Position numbers and translations under genes: made by a program. The notes under the pieces were generated by a model that was given only the letters and a program-made list of their open reading frames with translations, was not told where the DNA came from and did no database searches. Of a DNA stretch of 44,444 nt, positions 18,481-27,467 are shown one piece after another (position 1 is the stretch's first letter; each line of letters starts with the position of its first letter). This stretch comes from Eubacteriales bacterium (GTDB lineage: Bacteria; Bacillota; Clostridia; Oscillospirales; CAG-272): assembly GCA_045653255.1 (NCBI GenBank), contig JAZOLR010000170.1:1-44444 (forward strand). The letters run 5' to 3'.

Positions 18481-19500
18481 TTATTCGGCGACGGCGGACT
18501 TCATTCTCACGCTCACGTCACCCGACGAAAGCCTTTTTATTTCTCCGCTCGGAAGTCTCACTTCAAGGCGCAAATCGTCAGTCAATCCCAAGACAACGCC
18601 TGTCAAATTGTTGCCGTTCAGCGAAAAATCCACTTCCCTGCCGACAAGGAACATACGTTTTTTGTAACTGCGTAAAAATGGTTTTTCCGAAAGACGCTTG
18701 TAATAGAAAATAAATCTGTCGAGAATTTCCGCCGCAAGCCTGCTTCTTATATCGCAAACGGGCGTGTCTTCAAGCCAATATGCCGTCTTTTTGATTTCGT
18801 CGGGGAAATCGTCAACGGGACGGAATACGTTTATTCCGACGCCAAGCACCGCGTACTCTATACCCTTTCCGTCGGGGTCAAGCGCGCCTTCCGTGAGAAT
18901 CCCGCAGACTTTTTTATTTTGCACGTAAACGTCGTTTACCCACTTGATTTGCGCTTGTCTTCCACTGACCGTTTCTATCGCCTCGGCGCAAGCGGCAGCC
19001 GCCGCCGTGGTGATGTACAGCGTGTCCGTGACGTGCGCGTCGGGGCGCAGAATTATACTCATATAAAGTCCCGTGCCGTGAGGGGAGAAGAATTTTCTTC
19101 CGCGCGTGCCTCGTCCGTCGGTCTGCGATTCCGCTACGATAGCGGTAAACTGACCGAGCCCCCGCTTTGCAAAATCGCGGGCAACGGTGTTGGTCGAAGT
19201 GACCTTGCCAAAAGCGCGGACGGTAATTTCATCTGCGTAAAAATGCATATATTTTTTAATACTGAATTCGGATATTACGTCCTTTTCGGGCTCTAACATA
19301 TACCCACGTTTCGGACACGCGTAAATATTATAACCTTTCTTTCGAAGTGAACTGACCGCTTTCCAAATAGCAGACCTGCTCACACCCGTTTCGCGAGAAA
19401 TTTTCGTTCCCGAAACATATCTGCCCTTGTCAGATTCGAGGGCGGAAAGCACCTTCTGTTTGGTGCTTTTTTCACTTTCTTGTAGTTTTGTCACAAGCAT
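18481..19500 (-). CDS. birA: bifunctional biotin-[acetyl-CoA-carboxylase] ligase / biotin operon repressor
   Basis: N-terminal winged HTH, GRGTRGRKF biotin-binding loop and C-terminal SH3-like tail. Length is 339 aa. Confidence 0.85.
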   Translation of the reverse strand: MLVTKLQESEKSTKQKVLSALESDKGRYVSGTKISRETGVSRSAIWKAVSSLRKKGYNIYACPKRGYMLEPEKDVISEFSIKKYMHFYADEITVRAFGKVTSTNTVARDFAKRGLGQFTAIVAESQTDGRGTRGRKFFSPHGTGLYMSIILRPDAHVTDTLYITTAAAAACAEAIETVSGRQAQIKWVNDVYVQNKKVCGILTEGALDPDGKGIEYAVLGVGINVFRPVDDFPDEIKKTAYWLEDTPVCDIRSRLAAEILDRFIFYYKRLSEKPFLRSYKKRMFLVGREVDFSLNGNNLTGVVLGLTDDLRLEVRLPSGEIKRLSSGDVSVRMKSAVAE

Positions 19501-19759
19501 TCCCCTTTTGGCTTACAAACCGTTCTATCCAACGAAACAATAAAAGTTCGAAACTTTTGATGACTTCTCCGCGATGATAAAAAAAGAATCGGCACAAATT
19601 TAATTGCGGCGCAAACTGCACTGAGATTGACACATTTTTACCGCATAGAAGAATATAGCATATTTTTTTAAAAATGTAAACCCATTTTTCACTATTTTTC
19701 CACTATTTTTAAAACTTTTATTCTATTTTCAGCAAATTAACCTTTCCTGCGAAACAATC

Positions 19760-19788
19760 TTGAAATTCTTGTATTTTTATGCTACAAT
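19760..19788 (+). promoter_or_regulatory. sigma-A type promoter of the luxS operon
   Basis: TTGAAA-17 nt-TACAAT with TGc immediately upstream of the -10, about 45 nt upstream of the luxS ATG. Confidence 0.55.
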
Positions 19789-19831
19789 TATATGAGAAAA
19801 AATAAAAAAACCAAAACCGCGAGGAAAGACA

Positions 19832-20302
19832 ATGGAAAAAGAGATAAAAGCGATAAAAAGTTTCGAAGTAGACCACGATAAAATTGTCCCCGGTATATAC
19901 GTTTCCCGTATTGACGGCGACATTCTCACGCTCGACCTTCGCACAAGAAAACCAAACTGCGGTGAGTATATGGACTCCACCACAATGCACACAGTTGAAC
20001 ACTTGTTTGCTACCTATATAAGAAACTCGGAAATAGGCGAAAAGGTCATATATTTCGGCCCTATGGGTTGCCGCACGGCTTTTTATCTGGTTTTGCGCGA
20101 TACCGACATCTGCGAGGCGGTCAAGTATATAAAAACAGTGCTGAAAAAGATTTTGTCCCACGAGGGCGAAGTCTTCGGCGCATCGCAAAAAGAATGCGGA
20201 AACTACCGCGACCTTGACTTGACGGCAGCAAAAAAAGAATGCGAAGAATACCTCTCTAACCTTGAAAAATACGGCAAAACGGACGGAAAGTATTATGAAT
20301 AA
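19832..20302 (+). CDS. luxS: S-ribosylhomocysteine lyase
   Basis: HTVEHL metal-binding motif and GPMGCRT. Confidence 0.9.
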   Translation: MEKEIKAIKSFEVDHDKIVPGIYVSRIDGDILTLDLRTRKPNCGEYMDSTTMHTVEHLFATYIRNSEIGEKVIYFGPMGCRTAFYLVLRDTDICEAVKYIKTVLKKILSHEGEVFGASQKECGNYRDLDLTAAKKECEEYLSNLEKYGKTDGKYYE

Positions 20303-21011
20303 TCAAAAAGCAACAGTAAAAAAGGTACAAATAGGAATTATCGGTGCGATGAAACCCGAAACAGACGGTCTTATCTCGCTTATGGAAAACAAAGAAACCG
20401 TCGCACTCGGAGGTATCAACTTCACCTACGGCACACTTTGTAAAAAAAGCGTCGTTATCTCTACTTGCGGTGTCGGAAAGGTCTTCGCGGCTATGGCTGC
20501 CGAAGCGATGATACTCGGCTTTTGCCCCGATGCAATAATAAATACGGGCGTCGCAGGTACACTCACGGATAAAATAAAGATAGGCGGCACGGTTGTCGCA
20601 ACTGCGCTCGTGCAACACGATATGGACACGTCTGCCCTCGGTGACCCCGTGGGACTTATTTCGGGCATAAACATCGTAGATATTCCCTGCGCTAAAAGTC
20701 TCGTTTCAGAACTTTCTTCCTGCGTTTCTGCACTCGGTTTTTCCTATATATGCGGAAAAATCGCATCGGGCGACCAATTCATCTGCACACAAGCGAAAAA
20801 GAACTACATAAAAGACACTTTTTCCGCCGTTGCGTGTGAGATGGAGGGCGCGTCTATCGGTCAGGTCTGCTACGTAAACGGCGTCGATTTCTGCGTCTTG
20901 CGTTCCATTTCCGACGGCGGAGACGAGGAAGCGGAAATGGATTATCCGAAATTCGTAGAACTTGCCGCAAAGAATTCCATCGCAGTTCTTTGCAAATTTC
21001 TTGAAAAATGA
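20295..21011 (+). CDS. mtnN: 5'-methylthioadenosine/S-adenosylhomocysteine nucleosidase
   Basis: Start placed at the ATG at 20295, which overlaps the luxS stop (ATGAATAA). IGIIGAMKPE and ACEMEGASI motifs are present. Confidence 0.85.
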   Translation: MNNQKATVKKVQIGIIGAMKPETDGLISLMENKETVALGGINFTYGTLCKKSVVISTCGVGKVFAAMAAEAMILGFCPDAIINTGVAGTLTDKIKIGGTVVATALVQHDMDTSALGDPVGLISGINIVDIPCAKSLVSELSSCVSALGFSYICGKIASGDQFICTQAKKNYIKDTFSAVACEMEGASIGQVCYVNGVDFCVLRSISDGGDEEAEMDYPKFVELAAKNSIAVLCKFLEK

Positions 21012-21676
21012 CAAGTAATATTTACATTTTACACAATTGCCGTGACTTTGTTGTCTGCCGCAAGCCGAAAGGTGTGTTGACTTTACCCGCAGAGACGAAC
21101 GAAGTGTCACTTATTGACCTTGTGCGAGAACAACTCTCACAGGAAAAGAAAACGGAACTCTTCCCTGTTCACCGCCTCGACAGAACGACGGAAGGTGTCG
21201 TAGTTTTTGCGAAAAATAAAAAGGCGGCGGCAGAACTTTCCGCCATTTTTTCGGAACATAAAAACGAAAAAGACTATCTATGCATAGTCCACGGAGAAAC
21301 GGAAGAAGAAAGCGGTGTATTAACCGACCTCTTGTTTGCCGATAAACGCGCGAACAAATCCTATATAACCGACAAAGCGCGAAAAGGCGTAAAACAAGCG
21401 CGGCTTTCTTACCGTGTTTTGTCAACTACCGTTTACAAAGAGAAAAAAGTTTCACTTTTGAGAGTGTCGCTTTTTACGGGCAGAATGCACCAAATACGCG
21501 CTCAATTCTCACACCGCGGACACGCGCTTTTGGGCGACGGAAAGTACGGAAGCCGAGAAAACTCCTGCACGACCGCACTTTTTGCCGAAAGGATTGCGTT
21601 TTCGCTTTACGGAGAAAAATACGAGTTTTCTCTGCCTATGCCCGACGGTTTTCCGTGGGATTTATTCCGCGACTAA
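21008..21676 (+). CDS. RluA-family pseudouridine synthase
   Basis: HRLDRTTEGVVVFAK catalytic Asp motif and GRMHQIR. The ATGA start overlaps the mtnN stop. Confidence 0.8.
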   Translation: MTSNIYILHNCRDFVVCRKPKGVLTLPAETNEVSLIDLVREQLSQEKKTELFPVHRLDRTTEGVVVFAKNKKAAAELSAIFSEHKNEKDYLCIVHGETEEESGVLTDLLFADKRANKSYITDKARKGVKQARLSYRVLSTTVYKEKKVSLLRVSLFTGRMHQIRAQFSHRGHALLGDGKYGSRENSCTTALFAERIAFSLYGEKYEFSLPMPDGFPWDLFRD

Positions 21677-21698
21677 AAAATAATAAAGGAAAAACAAA

Positions 21699-22115
21699 AT
21701 GAACGTAATAATTTGCCTTGACGACAACGGCGGAATGCTCTTCAACAACCGAAGACAAAGCCGTGACAGTGTACTCCTTTCCGACGTCGGTCAAGATGCG
21801 AAAAAGTCGGGCGGAGTTTTGTATATAACTCCGTTTTCGGAAAAACTCTTTTCACAGACTGACCTATCTTTCAATGTTGACGGAAATATGCTTTCTTCTG
21901 CAAAAGAAAATGACCTTTGCTTTGTTGAAAATCTGCATCTTTCATCGCATATCGGTAAAATAGATACTTTGACCGTCTACCGTTGGAACAGAAAATACCC
22001 TGCGGACTTCTCACTCGATATAGATATTGAAAAAAGCGGATTTCGCCTCATAGCGACAAGCGAATTCGTCGGCTCATCACACGAAAAAATTACAAAGGAG
22101 ATATATAAGAAATGA
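21699..22115 (+). CDS. small cytoplasmic protein of unknown function (possible DHFR-like fold)
   Basis: The 138-aa product has the RBS AAAGGAAAAACAAA. The N-terminus VIICLDDNGGMLFNNRRQSRD and C-terminus LTVYRWNRKYPADF loosely recall DHFR/RibD-C topology. Its stop overlaps the nuclease start (ATGA). Confidence 0.35.
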   Translation: MNVIICLDDNGGMLFNNRRQSRDSVLLSDVGQDAKKSGGVLYITPFSEKLFSQTDLSFNVDGNMLSSAKENDLCFVENLHLSSHIGKIDTLTVYRWNRKYPADFSLDIDIEKSGFRLIATSEFVGSSHEKITKEIYKK

Positions 22116-23074
22116 AAAAACTTCTATCCTTGTTTTCGGTAGTACTTGTACTGTGTATGCTTCTTTCGGCGTGCTCACTCGGTGACGTCGGCGGAATGCT
22201 CGACGGTATCGGCGATATTGTCGCAGACGCGGGCAACACAGAGCCCGAGAAAAATCCGACAGCGGTTTCTCTTGACGACGTGCCCGAATTTTCGGGTTAT
22301 CCCTACGTAACGATAAACGGAAATCAACCCAACTTCACAGAAGAAGACCTCGTAACCGACAGTTACGAATTTTATAGCGAACTTGACTCTCTCGGCAGAT
22401 GCGGTTACACTATGGCGTGTATCGGCGTCGACCTTATGCCAACGGAAGAACGCGGAAGCATAGGTCAGGTAAAACCGTCGGGTTGGCAGACCGCGAAATA
22501 CGATATAGTAGACGGAAAATATCTCTACAACCGTTGCCACCTTATCGGTTTTCAGTTGACGGGTGAAAACGCAAATACGAAAAACCTCATCACAGGTACG
22601 CGCTATATGAACGTCGACGGAATGTTGCCGTTTGAAAATATGGTAGCGGACTATATAAAGGAAACGAAAAACCACGTAATCTACCGCGTAACGCCTATAT
22701 TCAAAGGCAACAACCTTGTCGCAAGCGGTGTCCAAATGGAAGCATACTCGGTTGAAGACGACGGCGACGGCATCTGCTTTAACGTATACGTCTACAACAA
22801 TCAACCCGGCGTTTCTATCGACTACGCAACGGGATACAGTTGGCTTTCAAATGAAGAACCGCCCGTGACGACAACCGCGCAAAAAGCAGAAAACCCCACC
22901 ACCCCCGACGGTGAAACTATCACCTACGTACTTAACACAAACACGAAAAAATTTCACGAAGTGACCTGCTCATCTGCAAAATCAATGAGCGAAGCAAACA
23001 AAAAAGAAGTCACAGTCTCGCGCGAAGAAGTGATAGCCGACGGCTACACCCCCTGTGGCTCGTGTAAGCCCTGA
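22112..23074 (+). CDS. secreted lipoprotein DNA/RNA non-specific endonuclease
   Basis: Lipobox LLSAC. YNRCHLIGFQLTGENANTKNLITGTRYMN is typical of the EndA/NucA-like DNA-entry nuclease family. The C-terminal Cys motif is KFHEVTCSS...GYTPCGSCKP. Confidence 0.75.
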   Translation: MKKLLSLFSVVLVLCMLLSACSLGDVGGMLDGIGDIVADAGNTEPEKNPTAVSLDDVPEFSGYPYVTINGNQPNFTEEDLVTDSYEFYSELDSLGRCGYTMACIGVDLMPTEERGSIGQVKPSGWQTAKYDIVDGKYLYNRCHLIGFQLTGENANTKNLITGTRYMNVDGMLPFENMVADYIKETKNHVIYRVTPIFKGNNLVASGVQMEAYSVEDDGDGICFNVYVYNNQPGVSIDYATGYSWLSNEEPPVTTTAQKAENPTTPDGETITYVLNTNTKKFHEVTCSSAKSMSEANKKEVTVSREEVIADGYTPCGSCKP

Positions 23075-23146
23075 TTTGACGAAAATGAAAAGTCTCCCTC
23101 AAAGCGACAGCGCAAAAGACGTATTCAAAAGAATAGGAGAACTCCC

Positions 23147-25030
23147 GTGACGTTTCTTGAAAGAGCAAAAGAACTTGTCTCGCAAATGACACTTGAAGAA
23201 AAAATGACGCAGATGCGTTACGACTCACCTGCAATAGAGCGTCTCGGCATTCCCGCTTATTGCTGGTGGAACGAATGTCTGCACGGAGTGGCAAGAGCAG
23301 GCGCGGCGACGGTATTTCCGCAGGCTATCGGTATGGCGGCGAGTTTCGATGATGAACTTATGCACAAGGTAGCGACCGCTATTTCCGACGAAGCAAGAGC
23401 GAAGTACAACGAATACAGAAAATTCGGCTACACGCAGATATATCAAGGACTTACTTTCTGGTCGCCTAATATAAATATTTTCCGCGACCCGAGATGGGGC
23501 AGAGGTCACGAGACCTACGGCGAAGACCCATACCTTACGGGCAGAATGGGTACTGCCTTTATAAAAGGACTTCAAGGCGACGGCAAGTATAGAAAAGTCG
23601 ACGCGACAATAAAGCATTACGCAGTACATAGCGGACCCGAAAGCAAACGCCAATACTTCGACGTTACCGTATCTGAAAAAGACCTCTACGAAACCTATCT
23701 CTACGCATTCAAATATTGCATCGACCACGCAGACCCGTCTGCCGTAATGGGCGCGTACAATCGCTATGCAGGCGAGCCGTGTTGCGGAAGTAAAAAACTT
23801 CTGCTCGACATTCTTTACGGCGAGTTCGGTTTCAAAGGCTACGTTGTTTCCGACTGCGGTGCTATCGTATATATGCACGAGCATCACAAGGTAACGAAAG
23901 ACGCGCCCGAGAGCGCGGCACTTGCGGTAAACAACGGTTGCAACCTCAATTGCGGAAAGGCATACCATTGGTTACACGAAGCATACGAGCGCGGACTTGT
24001 CACAGAAGAAACCATCACCCACGCAGTAGAAAAACTCTACGAAGCGCGTTTCAGACTCGGTATGTTTGACAGTGACTGCGAGTATGACAATATCCCCTAC
24101 GACGTCATCGAATGCAAAGAGCACAGAAACTTGAGCAGAAAAATGGCGCAAAAGAGTATGGTCCTTCTCAAAAACGACGGCATACTCCCCCTCAAACCAA
24201 ACGATAAAAAAACTATTGCGGTAATAGGTCCGAATGCCGACAGTATAGATATTCTTCTCGGAAACTATAACGGCAGACCCTCGCGTTATACCACACTTTT
24301 GAGAGGTATTCAGGACGGCAGCGACAACCGCGTTATCTATGCGCGCGGATGTCATTTGTACAAAAGCGTACTCGGCGACTGGGCAGAGCACCCCGAAAAC
24401 GAAGCGATAATAGCGGCGAAAAAGGCAGACGTCGTCATTCTCTGCATGGGACTTGACCCCAGTATGGAAGGTGAGCAAGGCGATGCCTACAACGGCGCTA
24501 TGTGTGGCGACAAGGACACCTTGGATTTGCCAAAGGTGCAACTCGACTTTATTGAAAAAATAATAGCGCAAGGCAAGCCTACTATACTTGTAAACGTTAG
24601 CGGAAGTTGTATTTCTCTCGGATTTGCAAAAGAAAAATGCAACGCGATAATTCAATGCTTCTACCCCGGTGCAGAAGGCGGTGACGCACTCGCGGATATA
24701 ATCTTCGGCAAAGTCTCACCCTGCGGACGACTTCCCGTAACTTTCTACAACTCGACAGACGACCTTCCCCCGATGGAAGACTATAATATGGAAAACAGAA
24801 CCTATAAATTCTTCCGCGGCACTCCCTGCTACGAATTCGGCTACGGGCTTTCCTACTCCGATATAAAAGAAGAATGGCAGGACGAAAACACAGTAATTCT
24901 CCAAAACTGCGGTGAATACGATACAGATTACTCCGTCTTGAAATTCGAGTATATCCCGCACAAAAGCCTCTGCGGTTTTAAATCCGTACACATAAAAAAA
25001 GGAGAGACACTCAAAGTCTCGTTTGAATAA
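23147..25030 (+). CDS. glycoside hydrolase family 3 (beta-glucosidase/beta-xylosidase-like), no signal peptide
   Basis: GTG start preceded by AGGAGAA. GH3 motifs NIFRDPRWGRGHETYGEDP, IKHYAVH and GYVVSDCGA (nucleophile Asp) are present. Confidence 0.85.
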   Translation: MTFLERAKELVSQMTLEEKMTQMRYDSPAIERLGIPAYCWWNECLHGVARAGAATVFPQAIGMAASFDDELMHKVATAISDEARAKYNEYRKFGYTQIYQGLTFWSPNINIFRDPRWGRGHETYGEDPYLTGRMGTAFIKGLQGDGKYRKVDATIKHYAVHSGPESKRQYFDVTVSEKDLYETYLYAFKYCIDHADPSAVMGAYNRYAGEPCCGSKKLLLDILYGEFGFKGYVVSDCGAIVYMHEHHKVTKDAPESAALAVNNGCNLNCGKAYHWLHEAYERGLVTEETITHAVEKLYEARFRLGMFDSDCEYDNIPYDVIECKEHRNLSRKMAQKSMVLLKNDGILPLKPNDKKTIAVIGPNADSIDILLGNYNGRPSRYTTLLRGIQDGSDNRVIYARGCHLYKSVLGDWAEHPENEAIIAAKKADVVILCMGLDPSMEGEQGDAYNGAMCGDKDTLDLPKVQLDFIEKIIAQGKPTILVNVSGSCISLGFAKEKCNAIIQCFYPGAEGGDALADIIFGKVSPCGRLPVTFYNSTDDLPPMEDYNMENRTYKFFRGTPCYEFGYGLSYSDIKEEWQDENTVILQNCGEYDTDYSVLKFEYIPHKSLCGFKSVHIKKGETLKVSFE

Positions 25031-25064
25031 AAAAGGAGAGACACTCAAAGTCTCGTTTGAATAA
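24997..25064 (+). repeat. perfect 2 x 34-bp tandem duplication spanning the GH3 stop codon
   Basis: AAAAGGAGAGACACTCAAAGTCTCGTTTGAATAA occurs at 24997-25030 and again at 25031-25064. Confidence 0.95.
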
Positions 25065-25071
25065 AACAAAA

Positions 25072-25103
25072 AACGCTTATGACACTTTTCGGTCATAAGC
25101 GTT
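25072..25103. terminator. bidirectional intrinsic terminator between GH3 and the convergent membrane-protein gene
   Basis: AACGCTTATGAC / GTCATAAGCGTT is a 12-bp perfect stem with an 8-nt loop. CTTTATTT follows on the + strand. Confidence 0.75.
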
Positions 25104-25109
25104 CTTTAT

Positions 25110-25439
25110 TTAAAATATTCCTTTATTATACTTTTTCATTGCGTAGAAACTAATAATAAGACCTACTGCAAGCCCTGCTATCATCACCGCCGTGCCGAGT
25201 GTTGCGAAAATTTCCTTTTCCGTGTGAATTGCGGCGGCAAGGAAACCGCCATACGCCATAACTGCAACGCCGCAGATAACAGTACCAAGTCCCACCAACC
25301 TACCGAAAGGCTTTATATCTTCTTCTGCAACCCGCGCTCTGTGATAAGAGTGAAGCGAGGAAATATTTCCGCGCATATTTGAAATTCCGAGAATGACACA
25401 TACAATCCCGACTAAAAAAGTACCAATGTAAGCCGCCAT
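25110..25439 (-). CDS. small membrane protein, function unknown
   Basis: The 109-aa product has three or four hydrophobic helices. I recognise no family motif. Confidence 0.5.
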   Translation of the reverse strand: MAAYIGTFLVGIVCVILGISNMRGNISSLHSYHRARVAEEDIKPFGRLVGLGTVICGVAVMAYGGFLAAAIHTEKEIFATLGTAVMIAGLAVGLIISFYAMKKYNKGIF

Positions 25440-25499
25440 AAAAAATCTCCTGTCTTTTTTACAAAACGCTATTATAAAGTGTATTCTTATTATCTTGTT

Positions 25500-26135
25500 T
25501 TAACGGATTGCGCTCTGGAATGCAACCGCTTTTCCGAGTATGGTTATAGTTTCAAGTTCCGCGCCCGAATAAGACAGCGGTGCAAATCTTGCGTTTTCGG
25601 GTGCGAGAATGAGTTTATTCTGTTGCGGATAGTAGTAAACGCGCTTCAAAGTCGCCTCATCGTTTATCACAACTGCCGCAATCTCGCCGTTTTCAACCGT
25701 GCTCTGCTTTTTCACGAAAACAATATCGCCGTCGTAAATTCTCGCGCCAATCATACTGTCACCGTGGGCGCGAAGGCAGAAGTCCGCGTCAATATCGCCG
25801 TTTGCACATATATAAGTCTCGTGCGTTTCGTCTGCGTATATAGGCTCTCCGCACGCAATTTCACCGAGCATCGGTATTTTCTTTATCGCAACGGGCGACA
25901 GGTTTGAATACCGTGAGAGTTGCGCCGCGTCTTCGCTTTCCCACCCCATAAGATAGGACGGAGTAGTTTTGAGTGCGTGTGCGATAAGTTCTATTTTTTC
26001 TGCGGGAATGTTGCTTATCTCCTGCGTCTCGTATCTGAATATCGTCTGTTTGCTTGTGCCGACCTTTTGCGCAAGTTCTTCAAGAGTATAGCCGAGCGAC
26101 AAGCGTTTTCTTTTTATTTTCTCGCCTACGGTCAT
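25500..26135 (-). CDS. XRE-family HTH / peptidase S24 (CI/LexA-like) autocleavable repressor
   Basis: N-terminal HTH (LGYTLEELAQKVGTSKQTIFRYE). C-terminal S24 domain with the GDSM catalytic Ser and ATLKRV Lys. Confidence 0.8.
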   Translation of the reverse strand: MTVGEKIKRKRLSLGYTLEELAQKVGTSKQTIFRYETQEISNIPAEKIELIAHALKTTPSYLMGWESEDAAQLSRYSNLSPVAIKKIPMLGEIACGEPIYADETHETYICANGDIDADFCLRAHGDSMIGARIYDGDIVFVKKQSTVENGEIAAVVINDEATLKRVYYYPQQNKLILAPENARFAPLSYSGAELETITILGKAVAFQSAIR

Positions 26136-26207
26136 TTTTTCGCCTCATTTCATAAAAAAATTAACAAATACAGAAAAGCAAAGTCCTGTATATCGTACTC
26201 TGCTCAC

Positions 26208-26236
26208 ATTATACCATAAAATCACGCAATATGCAA
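26208..26236 (-). promoter_or_regulatory. sigma-A type promoter of the repressor gene
   Basis: The minus strand reads TTGCAT-17 nt-TATAAT with TGg immediately upstream of the -10. Confidence 0.6.
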
Positions 26237-26262
26237 CAGTTTTTGCAAATATTTTCAATTTT

Positions 26263-26279
26263 GTCACTTGACAAGTGAC
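26263..26279. promoter_or_regulatory. 17-bp perfect palindrome (candidate operator) overlapping the -35 box
   Basis: GTCACTTG-A-CAAGTGAC contains the TTGACA of the rightward promoter. Confidence 0.5.
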
Positions 26280-26296
26280 GAAATGTGTGCTATAAT
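26268..26296 (+). promoter_or_regulatory. consensus sigma-A promoter, divergent from the repressor gene
   Basis: TTGACA-17 nt-TATAAT with TGc as an extended -10 element. Confidence 0.7.
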
Positions 26297-26585
26297 CACC
26301 ACAACGCAGAGAAAAGGCAATGTAAGGAATTTTGCCTCTCTGCGCCGAAGCAAAGCAAAATCTTCCCACCGTCGAGACTGCCCCGAGCCCGACGCGATTT
26401 CGTTTTCTTCCGGTTTTACGGGAATTTTCCCGGGAAGAGTTTTTAAAAGAGTTAATTTTCTCTTTTCCCTTCTTTTCGCGGTTTGCTGAAAAATCCGCAA
26501 AAAAGACGAAAAAACTCTATCGCCCCCAAAAAAGCGCGAAAAAACAAAACGCTTTCCCCTTTGGCGTTATTTTTTTGCACAACTC

Positions 26586-26602
26586 GTCACGCATTACGTG
26601 AC
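26586..26602. promoter_or_regulatory. second GTCAC-N7-GTGAC palindrome (candidate operator)
   Basis: GTCACG-CATTA-CGTGAC has the same outer half-sites and spacing as 26263-26279. It lies 83 nt upstream of the ATG at 26685. Confidence 0.35.
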
Positions 26603-26684
26603 AAAGCAGCCGAATTTTTCAAAACGAAGAAATTTTTCAGTTTTCTATTACTTAAATTCTATTTAAAACAGGAGGAAACTACAA

Positions 26685-27032
26685 ATGATAACCATTATAA
26701 ACGAAGTGTATTATCCGCAACTCTCAATCTGGAGAGACCCCGACGAAATAAAAAGCGAAATAGATAGCATAAAGGCAAGTCTTCGCGAGGCAAACAAGAG
26801 AATGACCGCGCTCGAAGCGGCAAAAGACGGCATCGCCGCACTTCTCGACACGCAGGATATAGGCGATGATACGTCTGTCGTGCAGATGCTCGAAGTCCTG
26901 CTTGAAAAAGCGGAAGAAACCTATAACGAGTGCAGTCTGCTTTCCGAAAACATAGACAGCCTCAAAGAAGAACTTGACGAATCAATATGGTGGGCAAAAG
27001 GCGGAATCACAAAAGACACCCGCAAAGCGTAA
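26685..27032 (+). CDS. small acidic coiled-coil protein, function unknown
   Basis: The 115-aa product has a strong RBS (AGGAGGAAACTACAA). Heptad-like, Glu/Leu-rich sequence. Confidence 0.5.
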   Translation: MITIINEVYYPQLSIWRDPDEIKSEIDSIKASLREANKRMTALEAAKDGIAALLDTQDIGDDTSVVQMLEVLLEKAEETYNECSLLSENIDSLKEELDESIWWAKGGITKDTRKA

Positions 27033-27078
27033 ACTTTTGTTTACCTTTCCACACAAAATCACATAAAAGGAGAATAAT

Positions 27079-27396
27079 ATGGTAACTAACACTCTGCCCC
27101 TTTCGGTCAATCGCGTGGTAGTAGCCATTTGCGGCGACTATGACAGAAGAAAACGCGAAATTGAAAAAAAGAAAATAGACGAACAAACCCTTTCCCACTA
27201 TCGCCGCCTGAACAACCTCATAGACGAAGCGATAACCGAAGAATGTGAAGTCGGCATAAGAAACACAATGCGCGAGGACATCGGAAACGGTGTCGGCCAC
27301 CGCCGCACTCAACTCTACTACATATCCGCAGGCACGTACAAAACCCGAAAGCGAAACACCAAATACCGCATAGCGAAAAAACTCAATCTGGTATAA
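27079..27396 (+). CDS. small basic protein with a C-terminal sigma-70 region-4 / ArpU-RinA-like HTH (putative transcriptional activator)
   Basis: The 105-aa product has the RBS AAAGGAGAATAAT. The C-terminus QLYYISAGTYKTRKRNTKYRIAKKLNL resembles the (S/T)xxTYYRxKxxAxxxIAxxL pattern of small phage late activators. Recognition is by eye only. Confidence 0.4.
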   Translation: MVTNTLPLSVNRVVVAICGDYDRRKREIEKKKIDEQTLSHYRRLNNLIDEAITEECEVGIRNTMREDIGNGVGHRRTQLYYISAGTYKTRKRNTKYRIAKKLNLV

Positions 27397-27467
27397 ATCC
27401 GCTTTTAATATTTTTCATTACGCAAGTAATTTGCTTGTGTATTTTACATAAATTTACCCCTTCGCGC

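Noticed and set aside
18430-19700. I looked for a BirA operator (bioO-type long palindrome) near birA.
   Set aside because: I could find no convincing palindrome of about 40 bp on either side of the gene, and no bio genes are in the window.
26297-26580. The RNA of about 270 nt predicted from the strong promoter might be SRP (scRNA), 6S, or a known riboswitch.
   Set aside because: I cannot find the conserved SRP domain IV sequence, a 6S-like central bubble, or any riboswitch core I recognise. The sequence is low complexity. It is left as unclassified.
26268-26767. ORFs of 73, 89 and 94 aa in the repressor-proximal leader might be Cro-like or other small proteins.
   Set aside because: The first starts upstream of the predicted transcription start. 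The others use TTG or poorly placed starts without an RBS. They encode Lys/Arg/Ser/Phe low-complexity strings and overlap each other in different frames.
25500-27400. The repressor module might mark a prophage or integrative element.
   Set aside because: No integrase, excisionase, replication, packaging, structural or lysis genes are present. Both flanks are ordinary metabolic genes with their own promoters and terminators. I report it as an orphan switch.
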